A stretch of DNA of 64,000 nucleotides from Planctomycetota bacterium (GCA_965248445.1 CBDFJG010000003.1:32001-96000); one strand, 5' to 3'; positions 8,588 through 19,246 are shown, counted from the stretch's first letter. Notes: generated from the sequence alone by a model not told the origin. Made by a program: numbers and translations.

Positions 8588-9631
8588 CTAGCTCCCGAGT
8601 GGGTGTGGTTCGTCGTCGGCGTCCCCCCGTCCACGCAACGCGCGCTGCATCTGCGGGAGTCTCCGGAGCGCACGTTGAATGCGCAATTCGAGCATCTTGT
8701 CGCGGGCGGGGTTGCCCCACATCTGCGCGCCGGGCGGGACGTCCTTCCAGGCGACGGAGGTTCCGCCCATCACGACATCTTCGCCGATCGTGAGGTTGTC
8801 CGAACAGCCCGAGCGGCCGGCAAAGATGGAACGATCCCCGATCGTGACCGACCCAGAGATCGACACCGTCGGGAACAGCAACACGTGCTCGCCGATCTGG
8901 CAATTGTGGGCGACGTGCACGAGGTCGCCGATCTTCGTGCCGCGGCCGATTCGCGTGGTCTCCAGCGTCGCGCGGTCGATGGTCGTGAGCGATCCGATCT
9001 CGACGTCGTCGCCGACCACGACGTGGCCCACCTGCGGGATCTTGTGGTGGCGGCCTCCGTGCTGCAGATAGCCGTAGCCGTCGCTACCGATCACGCTGCT
9101 GCTGTGAATGACCACCCGGTCACCGAGTGTCACGTCCTCGAGGACCACGACGTTCGGATGTAGGACGCAGTCCCGCCCGACCGTCGAGCGCTCGCCGACG
9201 TAGCTGTTTGCGTAGAGCACCGTTCCAGCGCCGATCTTCGCCTCTTCGCGGACGATCGCCCCGGCTCCGATGGTCACTCCGTCACCGAGTGTGGCGCTTT
9301 GATCGACCACCGCCTGCGGATGGACACCGGCTGGCTGACGGCGCTTCTCGAATGCGATTTTGTGTAGGAGCGCACCGAACGCGGCGTACGGATTCTCGAC
9401 GATCAACTGATTGGCAGAGAGTCCGTCCATGACGACCGGCACCAACAGAGCCCCCGCCCGGCTCGCGCGGGCTCGCTCGAAGAAGCGCTGGTCTTTGACA
9501 AAGGACAGCTGGTCCTTTCCGGCGCCTTCGAGCGACGCGACCGAACGGCACAGAAAGCTGCCCGCCCCGACGATCTCGCCATCTCCGATGAACGCACGTA
9601 TCTCCTCCAGAGTCATCGCGAGGTGCGACAT
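8588..9631 (-). CDS. lpxD: UDP-3-O-(3-hydroxyacyl)glucosamine N-acyltransferase
   Basis: Hexapeptide repeats; IGSDGYGY, KIPQVG, TTIDRA, GTKIGDLVHVAHN. Confidence 0.93.
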   Translation of the reverse strand: MSHLAMTLEEIRAFIGDGEIVGAGSFLCRSVASLEGAGKDQLSFVKDQRFFERARASRAGALLVPVVMDGLSANQLIVENPYAAFGALLHKIAFEKRRQPAGVHPQAVVDQSATLGDGVTIGAGAIVREEAKIGAGTVLYANSYVGERSTVGRDCVLHPNVVVLEDVTLGDRVVIHSSSVIGSDGYGYLQHGGRHHKIPQVGHVVVGDDVEIGSLTTIDRATLETTRIGRGTKIGDLVHVAHNCQIGEHVLLFPTVSISGSVTIGDRSIFAGRSGCSDNLTIGEDVVMGGTSVAWKDVPPGAQMWGNPARDKMLELRIQRALRRLPQMQRALRGRGDADDEPHPLGS

Positions 9632-9829
9632 GGCGATCTCCCGTCCGGCCGGGAGCATACCCGACTGAAGCGCGCGACGACGCCGGGCGCATCGTCGCGA
9701 CACATCGTGCGTTGGTACCGCGTTGGTACGGAGACCGGTGAGGATTCAATCCCGATCAATCGGTGCGCTTCGCTCCCAGATACCAGTTACCAGATCCGTT
9801 CACCAGGCGCCGCGGGGGCGCGGCAGCGG

Positions 9830-9908
9830 GAGCAGAACTCGGCGAAGAACGCGAGGTACTTGAAGGTGCCCACGATGCCGAGATTGACGACCAGGAGTTG
9901 AACAGCAT
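9830..9908 (-). pseudogene. Remnant of an MBOAT (AlgI-like) O-acyltransferase gene
   Basis: ATG overlaps the wzx stop (TGATG) and encodes MLFNS; another frame immediately gives VVNLGIVGTFKYLAFF; both are AlgI-type motifs. Confidence 0.7.
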
Positions 9909-11431
9909 CAGGCCGTCTCGGACGGCCGGCGCTGGTCGTCACGCAGCGTGGTCCACGCGTTCCATGCCTCTCGCGTCGCCCCCGGTGCGAACAGGCGCGC
10001 GGCGACCAAGAACGCGACCGCGCCGATCGCGGCCTTCGCCGCGAGGGCGACGACGACGTGAGCTTGATCCAGCGAGAGGAGCGAGTCGGCGCCGGCGATC
10101 GCTCCGCACATGCACGCCGCCGCTGCGATCGGGCCGGCCACGGCCACCAACACCCGATCGATGCCGATCCCCACGGCACGTGCCGCGAACGCGGCGCGCG
10201 CTGGGAAGTCCACGAGGATCGTCGCGGCCGCGAAGCCCCACGCGGCGCCGAGCGGGCCGTACCATGCGGCCGGAAGTGCTCCGAGGAGCAGCGCGGTCGC
10301 TGAGATCGCACCCAAAGCCAGCCGCTCGCGGCCACGCCCGGTGGCGACGAGGACCCAGGCGAAGCTCTGGTTCACGAGGAGGAGCACGGCCGCTGGCGCG
10401 AGCACGCGGAGCACGGGCACGGCCGCGTCCCATTGATCACCGAGCGCGATGGCGACGACCTCATGCGTGGCGACGAACAGGAACGCCGCGAACGGCATGG
10501 AGACAAGCGCCACCACTCCGATCACGCGGAGGAAAGCGCGGTCGAGCCGCTCGCCGTCGTCGCTCACCCTCGCAAGTCCCGACACGACGACGTGCCGCAT
10601 GGGGGAGGCGATCGCGCCGGCGGACAGACGCGCCACGCCGAGGGACTTGGAGAACACCCCGAGCGCGGCCGCCCCGGCCCATCTCCCGAGCACGATGCGA
10701 TACGCGTTCGACGCTAGCGCGCTGAGCACGAGGTTCGTGGACAGGTAGCCGCTGAACGACGTCATGGCCCGCACGCCCGCGCCGCGCGTGACGGGGCCGG
10801 GCACCCAGCGCGTCGCGGTCCACACCAGGACGGCGAGCACTCCGGCCTCCGCCACGAATCGGCCGGCCAGCGAGAACACCCCCATGTGTGAGTAGGCCAT
10901 CGCGATGGCCGCAGCACCGCCCGCGATCACGGCGCCCAGGCGATAGGCCGACAGCTGGAGGAACTGCATTCGCCGCTGAAGGAGCGCCGCGTGCTGCGCG
11001 CCGAGTGCTCCGACGATCGGCCACGGCGCGCACGCCCTCGTTGTGTCGGCCAGGAGCGGATCCTCGAAGAACAGTGCGACGAGCGGTGCCACGGCGAAGA
11101 GGACCCCCGAGGCGAGGACTGACCCCGCAGTGTTCATCCAGAACATCGTCGAAATCTGTCCGTGCTCGAGGCCCTTGCGCTGCACGATCGCGCTCGGGAT
11201 CGCCACGGCGAGAGGCTGCTGCAGCACGCCGACCACGACCAGCGTCATCGCGAACGTCCCGAACTCCTCGGGCGTGAGCAGACGAGCGAGCCAAGCGGTC
11301 ATGCCGAACTGCACCAGGCGGTCCAGCACGCTGAAGGACGTCACCGCGGCACCGCCGCGCACGACCTGACCGCGAAGGCCCGTCTCGGCGGGCTCGAAGC
11401 CGTGCGGTCGCGTGTCTTTCCGTGCCGTCAC
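9908..11431 (-). CDS. wzx: Wzx-type polysaccharide flippase (PST family)
   Basis: LARLLTPEEFG, AIVQR..L...QISTMFW, many TM helices, LGDQWDAAVPVLRVL. Confidence 0.9.
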   Translation of the reverse strand: MTARKDTRPHGFEPAETGLRGQVVRGGAAVTSFSVLDRLVQFGMTAWLARLLTPEEFGTFAMTLVVVGVLQQPLAVAIPSAIVQRKGLEHGQISTMFWMNTAGSVLASGVLFAVAPLVALFFEDPLLADTTRACAPWPIVGALGAQHAALLQRRMQFLQLSAYRLGAVIAGGAAAIAMAYSHMGVFSLAGRFVAEAGVLAVLVWTATRWVPGPVTRGAGVRAMTSFSGYLSTNLVLSALASNAYRIVLGRWAGAAALGVFSKSLGVARLSAGAIASPMRHVVVSGLARVSDDGERLDRAFLRVIGVVALVSMPFAAFLFVATHEVVAIALGDQWDAAVPVLRVLAPAAVLLLVNQSFAWVLVATGRGRERLALGAISATALLLGALPAAWYGPLGAAWGFAAATILVDFPARAAFAARAVGIGIDRVLVAVAGPIAAAACMCGAIAGADSLLSLDQAHVVVALAAKAAIGAVAFLVAARLFAPGATREAWNAWTTLRDDQRRPSETA

Positions 11432-11514
11432 GCGAACCAGATCTCGACGACGCTGCGTGGGGAGGCGAGAAGTGACGGCGTGAACGGCAAGGGGCGCAGG
11501 GCGGGTACCGAGGG

Positions 11515-12399
11515 TTGAGGCGGCCGGACTTTTTCGTGATTGGGGCCCCGCGGTGCGGCACGACGTCGCTTAGCGAGTACCTCCGTGCCCACCGCGAGGT
11601 GTTCGTGTCCTCGCCGAAGGAGCCGAACCACTTCAACGACGACTACATCGGGTACCGCACCACCGACCGCGCCGACTATCTGCGGCTGTTCGAAGCCGCC
11701 GGTCCTCAGCATCGCGCCGTGGGGGAGGCGTCGCCGCGCTACCTGCACTCGACGACCGCCGTCTCGAACATCCTGGCGTTTGATCCCGATGCACGGCTCA
11801 TCGTGATGGTGCGCAGCCCGATCGAACTCGTCCCCTCGCTCCACGCGCTCGCCTTGCACGCTCACGGAGAGGACGTCGAGGACCTGGCCGAGGCGTGGCG
11901 ATTGCAGGGGCGAAGACGGGAAGGGCGCGACGTCCCGAGCGGGTGCCCGGACGTCAACTACCTGCTCTACGGAGACACCGCGCGACTCGGTGCGCAGGTG
12001 AGGCGCGTGCTCGACGTCGTGCCCCGAGATCAACTGCACGTCGTGGTGTTCGACGACTTCGTGCGTGACACAGCCGGCGCGTTCGCACGGGTCCTCGGCT
12101 TCCTCGGAGTGGCGCCGCAGCCGGGCCGGACGTTCGAGCGGCACAACGCGGGTCGAGACGTCCGCTCGCGTGCGCTCCTCGGGACACGTCGTGTCGCCGG
12201 AGCGATCAAGAGCGCGTTCGGCGTGAAGCGGAACTTCGGCCTCCTGCGTCATCTTCTCGCCCTCAACCTCCGCCAGACGCCGCGGGCCCCGCTCTCCGAT
12301 GCGCTCCGTCGCGAACTCGCGGAGGAGTTCCGGCAAGACGTCGAGCTGCTCTCGGATCTGCTGGCACGGGATCTGCGCCACTGGGTGGCCGGAGCATGA
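11515..12399 (+). CDS. PAPS-dependent sulfotransferase
   Basis: PDFFVIGAPRCGTTSL, KEPNHF, GEASPRY, MVRSPIE..PS. Confidence 0.92.
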   Translation: MRRPDFFVIGAPRCGTTSLSEYLRAHREVFVSSPKEPNHFNDDYIGYRTTDRADYLRLFEAAGPQHRAVGEASPRYLHSTTAVSNILAFDPDARLIVMVRSPIELVPSLHALALHAHGEDVEDLAEAWRLQGRRREGRDVPSGCPDVNYLLYGDTARLGAQVRRVLDVVPRDQLHVVVFDDFVRDTAGAFARVLGFLGVAPQPGRTFERHNAGRDVRSRALLGTRRVAGAIKSAFGVKRNFGLLRHLLALNLRQTPRAPLSDALRRELAEEFRQDVELLSDLLARDLRHWVAGA

Positions 12400-12616
12400 G
12401 GGCGTCGGCTTGCACGTCTCCTCCACGTTGGTCGATTCGGCCGGTCGACCTCCCCGCTTCGTGCGCGGCCCTCGATCCCGGAGCGTGCGCGAGGGTACCC
12501 GGCGACGATCGGCCCGCCCCACGACCGATCCGGTCGCTACCGATCGTGGGCGCCGATGACGCGGCGGACGACCAGACGATGGTCTGCAGAAGGTGTGGAG
12601 CAAGGGAGGAAGCACA

Positions 12617-14731
12617 ATGGTCGCCAAGGGTAGGAACGTGCGAAGGGTCAGAACGCTGGCCGGTGTGATGGTCGTGGCCGTCGGGGTGCTGGTCAACGCG
12701 GCAACCGTCAACGAGGATCAGAAGCTCACCGCGTCGGACGCCGCCGCGTTGGACCGTTTCGGGAACTCGTGCGCCATCGAAGGTGACACCGCCATCGTTG
12801 GAGCCGAACGCGAGAACGGCCGCCAGGGAGCGGCGTACGTGTTCGTGCGTGACCCCAACACCGGGGTCTGGTCCGAAGAGGACAAGCTCGTTGCCTCGGA
12901 CGGAGCCCCGAACGACGAGTTCGGCCACGCGGTGTCGATCTCCGGAAACTACGCCATCATCGGCGCTCCGAAGGACGGTGCCAGCACCACCGGCTCCGCG
13001 TACCTGTTCCGCCGCGTTTCCGGATCTTGGGCGCAGCAGGCGAGGATCGAAGCAGCCGACCAACAGACAGGCGACCGCTTCGGCTCATCGGTCTCTATCT
13101 ACGGCGGGACCGCTCTGATCGGAGCGCGTTTCGAGGATGGCGTTCTCGACGCGACACCGAACTCCGGTGCGGCGTGCCTCTTCTCGCGCACCGGCTCCTC
13201 GTGGACGCAGGACCAGAAGGTCACGGCTTCGGACGCCGCGACCGGCGATCTGTTCGGCGCGTCGGTCGCACTGCAGGGCCGTTTCGCGACGGTGGGTGCG
13301 GAGTTCGGCGGTGGCGGTACGGGCGCTGCATACGTGTACGCGCGGAGTCAGTTCGTGCTCGTGGAGGAGCAGAAGCTGACCGCCTCCGACGCTGCCGCCG
13401 GAGACAGTTTCGGGTTCTCGATGGCCACGGCAGGTGACACCGTCCTGATCGGGGCTCCCAACGCAGATATCGCTCTCGAGGCAAACGCCGGTGCGGCGTA
13501 CGTGTTCGTGCGCGACGACGCCATGGCCGTCGGTTCGAAGTGGTCGGAGCAGCAGAAGTTGACGCACTCGGACGGCGTCCTGAACGACGCGTTCGGTTTC
13601 TCGGTGGGTGTCTGGGACAACGTCGCGGTCGTCGGCGTCGACAAGGACGACGAGCCGGGCGCCTCGACGCAGGGCTCGGTCCGTGACTTCGAGCGCGACC
13701 CCTTCACCGGCGTCTGGACCGAGCGAGACAAACTGGAGGCCTCCGACATTGCCGCGGCGGATGCGCTCGGCATATCAGCCGGCGTCAACCAGGGCATCTG
13801 CATTGCCGGCGCGCACCGCGACGGCGACACGGGCGACGCCGACGAGGATTCCGGCTCCGCCTATATCTTCGAGGGCCTCGATCCCGCGCTCGTAGCCGGG
13901 CCCGCGGGCGCGAACGGGTTCATCCGTCCGCGTGTCGTCCGGGTCTCGTCGAGGCTCGTCGTCCACGCTGACCTCGACCTCGGCGACGACATGGTCGACT
14001 TCGCCCAGGCGAGCACGATCGAGTACGGCACGAAGACGCACGCGATCTCCGGCATGACCCAGAAGCGAAGGGGCCAGTGGAACTATCGCAGCGCGAACAG
14101 GAACATCAAGGTGCGAGTCCGCGAGTCGAGAAGGGACGACTCGAAGGCGCGCTTTACGATCAGCGTCCGCAGCTATTCGGACTCGCTGCCGAACGGTAAC
14201 GAGTTCCAGACCGGCTTCGAGCTGGGCACGTTCGACGTCGAGTCGCGCGTCGCCCTGACCGCCGGCAAGTACTCGAGGGCGGACGGCGAGGAGTTCGTGA
14301 CGCCGCTGACGCTCGTTCGCGCGATCGCCAAGATCACCGGCACGGGCAAGGACACGCTCTCGTTGCAGGCCGAATTCATGGGCGACAGCATCACCGTCCC
14401 GGGCGCCCCCCCCGTCGTCACGCTGCGTCTGGGTGACCCGACGGCCCCGCACGAGGTGCGTCTCTCGCAGGGTGTCCACACTGCCGGAAGCCGCTCGGAC
14501 GGCTGGGACTTCCGTCGCTGGGATCCAGGCGGAGGCCTTCGCGCCGAGGGCATCTGGTTCTGCCACATCAACTACGAGACGCGAATCATTCGTGTGTTCG
14601 CGCGCGATGTCGACCTGGGCCCGTTCGCGGGAGGCGCGGCGCAGCCCTTCCTGGTCAGCATTGGTTTCGGTGGCACCGAGAACGCGATCCAGGTGACCGC
14701 GTACAAGAGGGGTTCGAAGATCAGGTACTGA
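12617..14731 (+). CDS. Secreted FG-GAP repeat (integrin-alpha-like propeller) protein with an unassigned C-terminal region
   Basis: About 7 repeats of KLTASD...D.FG.SV.I.G...IGA...GAAYVF; signal peptide; GGAGG RBS. Confidence 0.88.
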   Translation: MVAKGRNVRRVRTLAGVMVVAVGVLVNAATVNEDQKLTASDAAALDRFGNSCAIEGDTAIVGAERENGRQGAAYVFVRDPNTGVWSEEDKLVASDGAPNDEFGHAVSISGNYAIIGAPKDGASTTGSAYLFRRVSGSWAQQARIEAADQQTGDRFGSSVSIYGGTALIGARFEDGVLDATPNSGAACLFSRTGSSWTQDQKVTASDAATGDLFGASVALQGRFATVGAEFGGGGTGAAYVYARSQFVLVEEQKLTASDAAAGDSFGFSMATAGDTVLIGAPNADIALEANAGAAYVFVRDDAMAVGSKWSEQQKLTHSDGVLNDAFGFSVGVWDNVAVVGVDKDDEPGASTQGSVRDFERDPFTGVWTERDKLEASDIAAADALGISAGVNQGICIAGAHRDGDTGDADEDSGSAYIFEGLDPALVAGPAGANGFIRPRVVRVSSRLVVHADLDLGDDMVDFAQASTIEYGTKTHAISGMTQKRRGQWNYRSANRNIKVRVRESRRDDSKARFTISVRSYSDSLPNGNEFQTGFELGTFDVESRVALTAGKYSRADGEEFVTPLTLVRAIAKITGTGKDTLSLQAEFMGDSITVPGAPPVVTLRLGDPTAPHEVRLSQGVHTAGSRSDGWDFRRWDPGGGLRAEGIWFCHINYETRIIRVFARDVDLGPFAGGAAQPFLVSIGFGGTENAIQVTAYKRGSKIRY

Positions 14732-14758
14732 CCTTCGGGGTCGTTCCAGGCGAGTCCA

Positions 14759-14790
14759 GCGCCCCCGTCGGCTCCGGCCGGCGGGGGCGC
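14759..14790. terminator. GC-rich hairpin after the FG-GAP gene
   Basis: GCGCCCCCGTCGGC-TCCG-GCCGGCGGGGGCGC; no U tract. Confidence 0.4.
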
Positions 14791-14819
14791 GTCCCGTTCG
14801 AGGCGTGGTGGAACGGCCG

Positions 14820-16268
14820 ATGAGCAGACCCTCAGATGATTCCGGCCAGATGACCCCGGTGCGAACCCGCGCGTCCCTCGCCCTCGTGCTCGGCGCCGTG
14901 GCGTTCGCGACCGCGATGCTCGGGGGGGGCGAGATCTGGGCGGTGGCGGTCCTCGGCGGAGTGACGCTGCTCGCGTTCGTCCTGCGATTCGTGCCTCCCT
15001 CGCTTCCGACGTCCGTCCCGACGGAGTCGTTGTGGCGGCGTCCGGAGACGTACCTGTTCGGGCTGCTCGGGCTCGCTACCCTGCAGCTCGTCCCGCTCCC
15101 GCCGACAGTGCTCGGGATCGTCTCCCCGGCCGCGCGTGCGTGGCGCGAGTCCGCGTTGCCTTCGGGCGAGACGCTCGGCTGGGCGCCCCTGTCGCTCGCG
15201 CCGTTTGCGACGCACGTCGAGCTCTATCGGCTCGCCACGCTGACGCTCGTGTTCGTGCTGCTCGCGAGGGGAACGACTCGGACGCACGAGGCGATCTGGT
15301 TCTTCCGGGGCGTCGTCACGATCGGCGGGCTGGTCGCGGTTCTCACGTTGGTCGAGCACGTCGGGGGCGTCGCGATCTTCGACTACCTGCCGCGTGAGAT
15401 CCGCTACCGGGATCGGGCGGCGGGACCGTTCGTCAACCCGAACCACCTCGCGGGTCTGCTGGCGGTGACCGCGCTGACCGGCGTCGGGCTGTTCCTCGCC
15501 CTCACGGAGGATCCCCGCCGCTCCGTAGGACGGACCCTGCGAGAGACGGCGGCACAGAGCGCCGCGGTCGCGCTGTCGCGGCCGGCAGCCCTCGGCGTGC
15601 TCCTTGCCGTCGGCGCCATGGTGGCGACGCTCTTTCTCACCGCCTCGCGCCTGGGGGTACTCGCGTTCCTGGTCGGGCTTGCGATCGCCGGGATCCTTCT
15701 GGCCCGCGGCCGTCGTGCCCGTGGGCCCCTCGTCCTGCTCGGAGCCGCGGTCGTCGTCACGGTGGGTTTGAGCGCGGTCCTGGCCGCGGACCCGGTCCTC
15801 GGGCGCATCGCCGTCGCCCTCGAGGGCGCGTCGCTCGGTGGGAATCGGCCCGCGGCGATCGTGGCGGCGCTCCGCCTGGGCCTCGACTTCCCCCTCTTCG
15901 GCGCCGGCCTGGGGACGTTCGAGCACGTCTTCCCGGCCTACCAGCCCATCGGCCTCCCGGGCTCGTGGCAACACGCCCACAACGACCTGGCGCAGGCGTT
16001 CGCCGGTGGAGGTCTCGTCGCCGTGGCACTCGGGGTATCATTCACCCTGTCGTGGGCCGTCCGCGTGGTGCGCGCCAGCCGCAGTGGGTCGTTGCGGCGA
16101 CGCGGAGTGATGATCGGCGCAACGTCTGCGGGGTTGGCGGTGCTGGTTCACGGCACCGGCGACTTCAACCTGCACGTTCCGGGGAACGCGTACCTCGTGA
16201 TGGCGGTCCTGGGCGCGGGTCTCGGTGCTGCGCGCCGCGGCGTTTCGCCCGGCTCGGAGGAACGATGA
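14820..16268 (+). CDS. O-antigen ligase/Wzy_C-family membrane protein
   Basis: GPFVNPNHLAG, TASRLG, FGAGLGTF, HAHND, DFNLHVPGN; start 14820 or 14850. Confidence 0.88.
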   Translation: MSRPSDDSGQMTPVRTRASLALVLGAVAFATAMLGGGEIWAVAVLGGVTLLAFVLRFVPPSLPTSVPTESLWRRPETYLFGLLGLATLQLVPLPPTVLGIVSPAARAWRESALPSGETLGWAPLSLAPFATHVELYRLATLTLVFVLLARGTTRTHEAIWFFRGVVTIGGLVAVLTLVEHVGGVAIFDYLPREIRYRDRAAGPFVNPNHLAGLLAVTALTGVGLFLALTEDPRRSVGRTLRETAAQSAAVALSRPAALGVLLAVGAMVATLFLTASRLGVLAFLVGLAIAGILLARGRRARGPLVLLGAAVVVTVGLSAVLAADPVLGRIAVALEGASLGGNRPAAIVAALRLGLDFPLFGAGLGTFEHVFPAYQPIGLPGSWQHAHNDLAQAFAGGGLVAVALGVSFTLSWAVRVVRASRSGSLRRRGVMIGATSAGLAVLVHGTGDFNLHVPGNAYLVMAVLGAGLGAARRGVSPGSEER

Positions 16269-16276
16269 AGGGGGAG

Positions 16277-17600
16277 TGGTGACGATCGGTCGCACGGTCC
16301 TCTGGATCGCACTGGGGCTGGCGTTCGCCGGCGAGGGGGCCACGTTGTTCGCGCAGGACCTCGCCGTACGGCCTGTGTTGCAGGCAGCGCGCGGCGCGTC
16401 CTGCTCGACGGGTGACGTCGCCCGGGCTCGGCTCGAGACGGCTCTGGCGTGGCGCGGCGACCGGCCCGACGTCCTGCTTGCCCTCGCGGAGAGCCTGTCT
16501 GCCGACGGAGCGGACGCGGGGTCGAGCGCGCGCGCGCAGGACCTCCTGCGCTCGGCCGCACGCTCACGTCCGACGTGGGCGGCCCCGCAGCTCCTCCTCG
16601 GGCGCGCAGCGCTCTCTGCCGGACGGGTCCCTGATGCGCAACGGCAGTTCGAACAGGTCGTCCGGCGTGCCGGGAGCCACACCGCACTCGTCGAGCGCGT
16701 CGGGGACTTGTTGCTCGCGCTGTGGACGGAGTCTGCGGATCCCGAGGTGCTGCGCGACGCCGTGGAGGCGTACCGCAACGTCGCGGAGCGCGACCTCCGT
16801 CGCCTCGACGAGATCCTCACGCGTCTCGCTCCCGAGCTCACCGACCCGGCGGACCTCGCGCGAGTCGCGCCGGCCTCCCCGCGCAGTCAGGTGGTGCTCG
16901 CCGAGCACTTCCTCGCCGCCGGCCGCCCGGTGGATGCGCTCGCCGCGCTCGATGCGGTGCCCTTGGACGCGTCGCAGGGCGCGCCGCGCCGGCACGCCCG
17001 CGCTCGGCGTGTCACGGCGCTGTCGCTGCTCGCCTCCGGTCGCGCCGCGGACGCGCTCGCGACGCTCGCCGATCTCGCGCGCACCGCGCCGGATCCCTCC
17101 GGCTACGTCGGCCGGCTCGAGCTCGACCTCCGTGACCGCAAGGCAGCGGAGCGCGCCGAGTTCTTCGCGGACCTTCGCGACATCGGCGCAGCGGCGCGGC
17201 TCGCGGAGGCGCGGGCGCGGATCGACTCCGGAGAGCGCGAGACGGCGCGCGGCCTACTCGACGAGATCCTCGCCGGCTACGACGACATCTCGCTGCCGAT
17301 CCGACGGATCACGGACGTCGAGATCCAGCTCGCTGCCCACGACCTGCGTGCGAGGGAGTGGCGTCGGCTCGCCGCTCCCGCGCGGGCGGCCGCAGACGCA
17401 GCCGCAGCGGCGCGGCTCCGACCGACGGTGGGGCGGTGGCGATCCGTAGGGCGGCTTCGTGCCGCCGCGGGTGACGAGAGCGGGACGCGCGCCGCCTACG
17501 CACGTGCGCTGGACGCTGCGCGGGCGGGGGGCAGCAGTACAGAGGAGCGGACTGCCATCAAGAACGAGCGCGCCGAGTCCCTTGCGCGCGCACGGAGGAG
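16277..17600 (+). CDS. Membrane-anchored TPR-like protein; 3' end unresolved (frame stays open to 18267)
   Basis: N-terminal TM helix then Ala/Leu-rich helical repeats; GGGGGA before GTG 16277. Confidence 0.65.
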
Positions 17601-17620
17601 AGCCCGTCGGCTGGCTGCCT

Positions 17621-19246
17621 GTGATCGCGTTCGGCGCGGCGGCGGTCGCGGCGTACTTCGTCACACCTGCCGTCACGTCGCTCAGCATGCGGTTCCGCCG
17701 CATGCGTCGGGGTTCTGTCCGTTCGCAGTCGGCTCACGGCGTCCCACGACTGGGCGGCGTCGCCCTCGCGGTGGGGCTCCTCGTCGGTGCGCTCGCGTAC
17801 AGCCTCGCTTTCGGCTGGGACGAGCTGCAGAGCATCGGGCGAAAGACCGAATTCCTGCTGTTGCTGGGACCCGCCGGCCTCGTGTTCCTGATCGGCGTCG
17901 TGGACGACGTGCGGGGTCTCGGCGCCGTGCCCCGGATCCTGGGCGAGATCGTGGCCGCGAGTTTCCTGATCCACGCGAACTACACGATCGACTCCATCAC
18001 GCTCCTGGGAAGCGATCCCATCGCGCTGGGACCGTTTGCGATCCCCTTGACGCTGCTCTGGTTCGTGGGGATCACGAACGCGTTCAACCTGGTCGATGGG
18101 CTCGACGGACTCATGTCCACGCTCGGCATCGTCGCCCTCGCGACCTGTGCCGCGCTGGCCTTCGTCGGTGGCGCGATGGGCACCGGGATCTTCGCTCTCG
18201 CGCTCGCGGGCTCCCTCGCGGGCTTCCTGCCGTGGAACTGGCCGCGGCCGCGGATCTTCCCGGGTGACTCCGGCAGCCTCCTCGTCGGTTTCGTCGTGGC
18301 TGCGCTCGCCGTCAAGGTGTCACGCGATCCCGCGGGCGCGACGAATCCGCACATCCTGCTGGCGCCGTGCGCGATCCCCGTCGCCGAGACGTTTCTCACG
18401 ATCGCGCGGCGCTACGTCAACCGGCGGCCGCTGTTCTCTGGCGACACGCATCACATGCACCACCTGCTGGTGAAGTCGGGCCTCACGTCAGGTCAGACGC
18501 TCGCCCTCCTGGGTGGAGCGGCCGTGATCTTCGCCGGAACGGGTGTGCTCGCGCTCTTCCCGGAAGACGTCTGGGTGCGCGTTCTGATCCCTGTGCTTCT
18601 CATCTTCTCGGTGCTCGGACTGCGCAGGCTTCACTACGTGGAGATCCGCGTGCTCCTCGATCGCATCCCGCAGATCCTCGTCCGGCGGCCGGGCAGCGGG
18701 CTCACGTCGCGCGTGCGCGCGGCGCGCGCCGGCGATTGTCTGCAGGGTGCGAAGACCGTCGCGGAACTCCGCGACAACCTGCGCTCCGCGGTGGTCGAGG
18801 GACGCTACTCGTTCCTCGCCCTCGAGTTCAGCGAGACGACCGCCCGTCGCCTCGGCGTACAGGAGTCGGTCGAGGAGTGTCGCAACGCAGCGGCGTGGGA
18901 GTACGTCGCGACACTGCGACGACAGCCGCGCTGGGTGTTCTCCACCGAAGCCGCCGAGCCGACGGGCGAGCCGCCGGATCGAGGCGGAACGACGATCACG
19001 ATCCTGCTACCGCTCCCGCCGTCGAACGTGGGCTACGGGCGCCTCGTCTGCCACGTGATATGCTCCGCCAACTCACCCGTTCCGCAGTTTCACGTGTTGA
19101 CGGAGTACCTGGCCCACCCTCTGGCGCAGACTCTTGAGGAGTTGATGTCGAGCTCCGCGTCGGGCGACACCGCTCGCACGGCCGCGGCGGCGGACGTTGG
19201 CGCCGACCTGCTCGGAACGGCCTCTCGGCTCGAAGGAGTTCCCTGA
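17621..19246 (+). CDS. WecA/TagO-like polyprenyl-phosphate GlcNAc-1-P transferase (MraY family) with a C-terminal extension
   Basis: VPRLGG, GVVDD, NAFNLVDGLDG, IFPGDSGS, HMHHLL; start uncertain. Confidence 0.88.
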   Translation: MIAFGAAAVAAYFVTPAVTSLSMRFRRMRRGSVRSQSAHGVPRLGGVALAVGLLVGALAYSLAFGWDELQSIGRKTEFLLLLGPAGLVFLIGVVDDVRGLGAVPRILGEIVAASFLIHANYTIDSITLLGSDPIALGPFAIPLTLLWFVGITNAFNLVDGLDGLMSTLGIVALATCAALAFVGGAMGTGIFALALAGSLAGFLPWNWPRPRIFPGDSGSLLVGFVVAALAVKVSRDPAGATNPHILLAPCAIPVAETFLTIARRYVNRRPLFSGDTHHMHHLLVKSGLTSGQTLALLGGAAVIFAGTGVLALFPEDVWVRVLIPVLLIFSVLGLRRLHYVEIRVLLDRIPQILVRRPGSGLTSRVRAARAGDCLQGAKTVAELRDNLRSAVVEGRYSFLALEFSETTARRLGVQESVEECRNAAAWEYVATLRRQPRWVFSTEAAEPTGEPPDRGGTTITILLPLPPSNVGYGRLVCHVICSANSPVPQFHVLTEYLAHPLAQTLEELMSSSASGDTARTAAAADVGADLLGTASRLEGVP

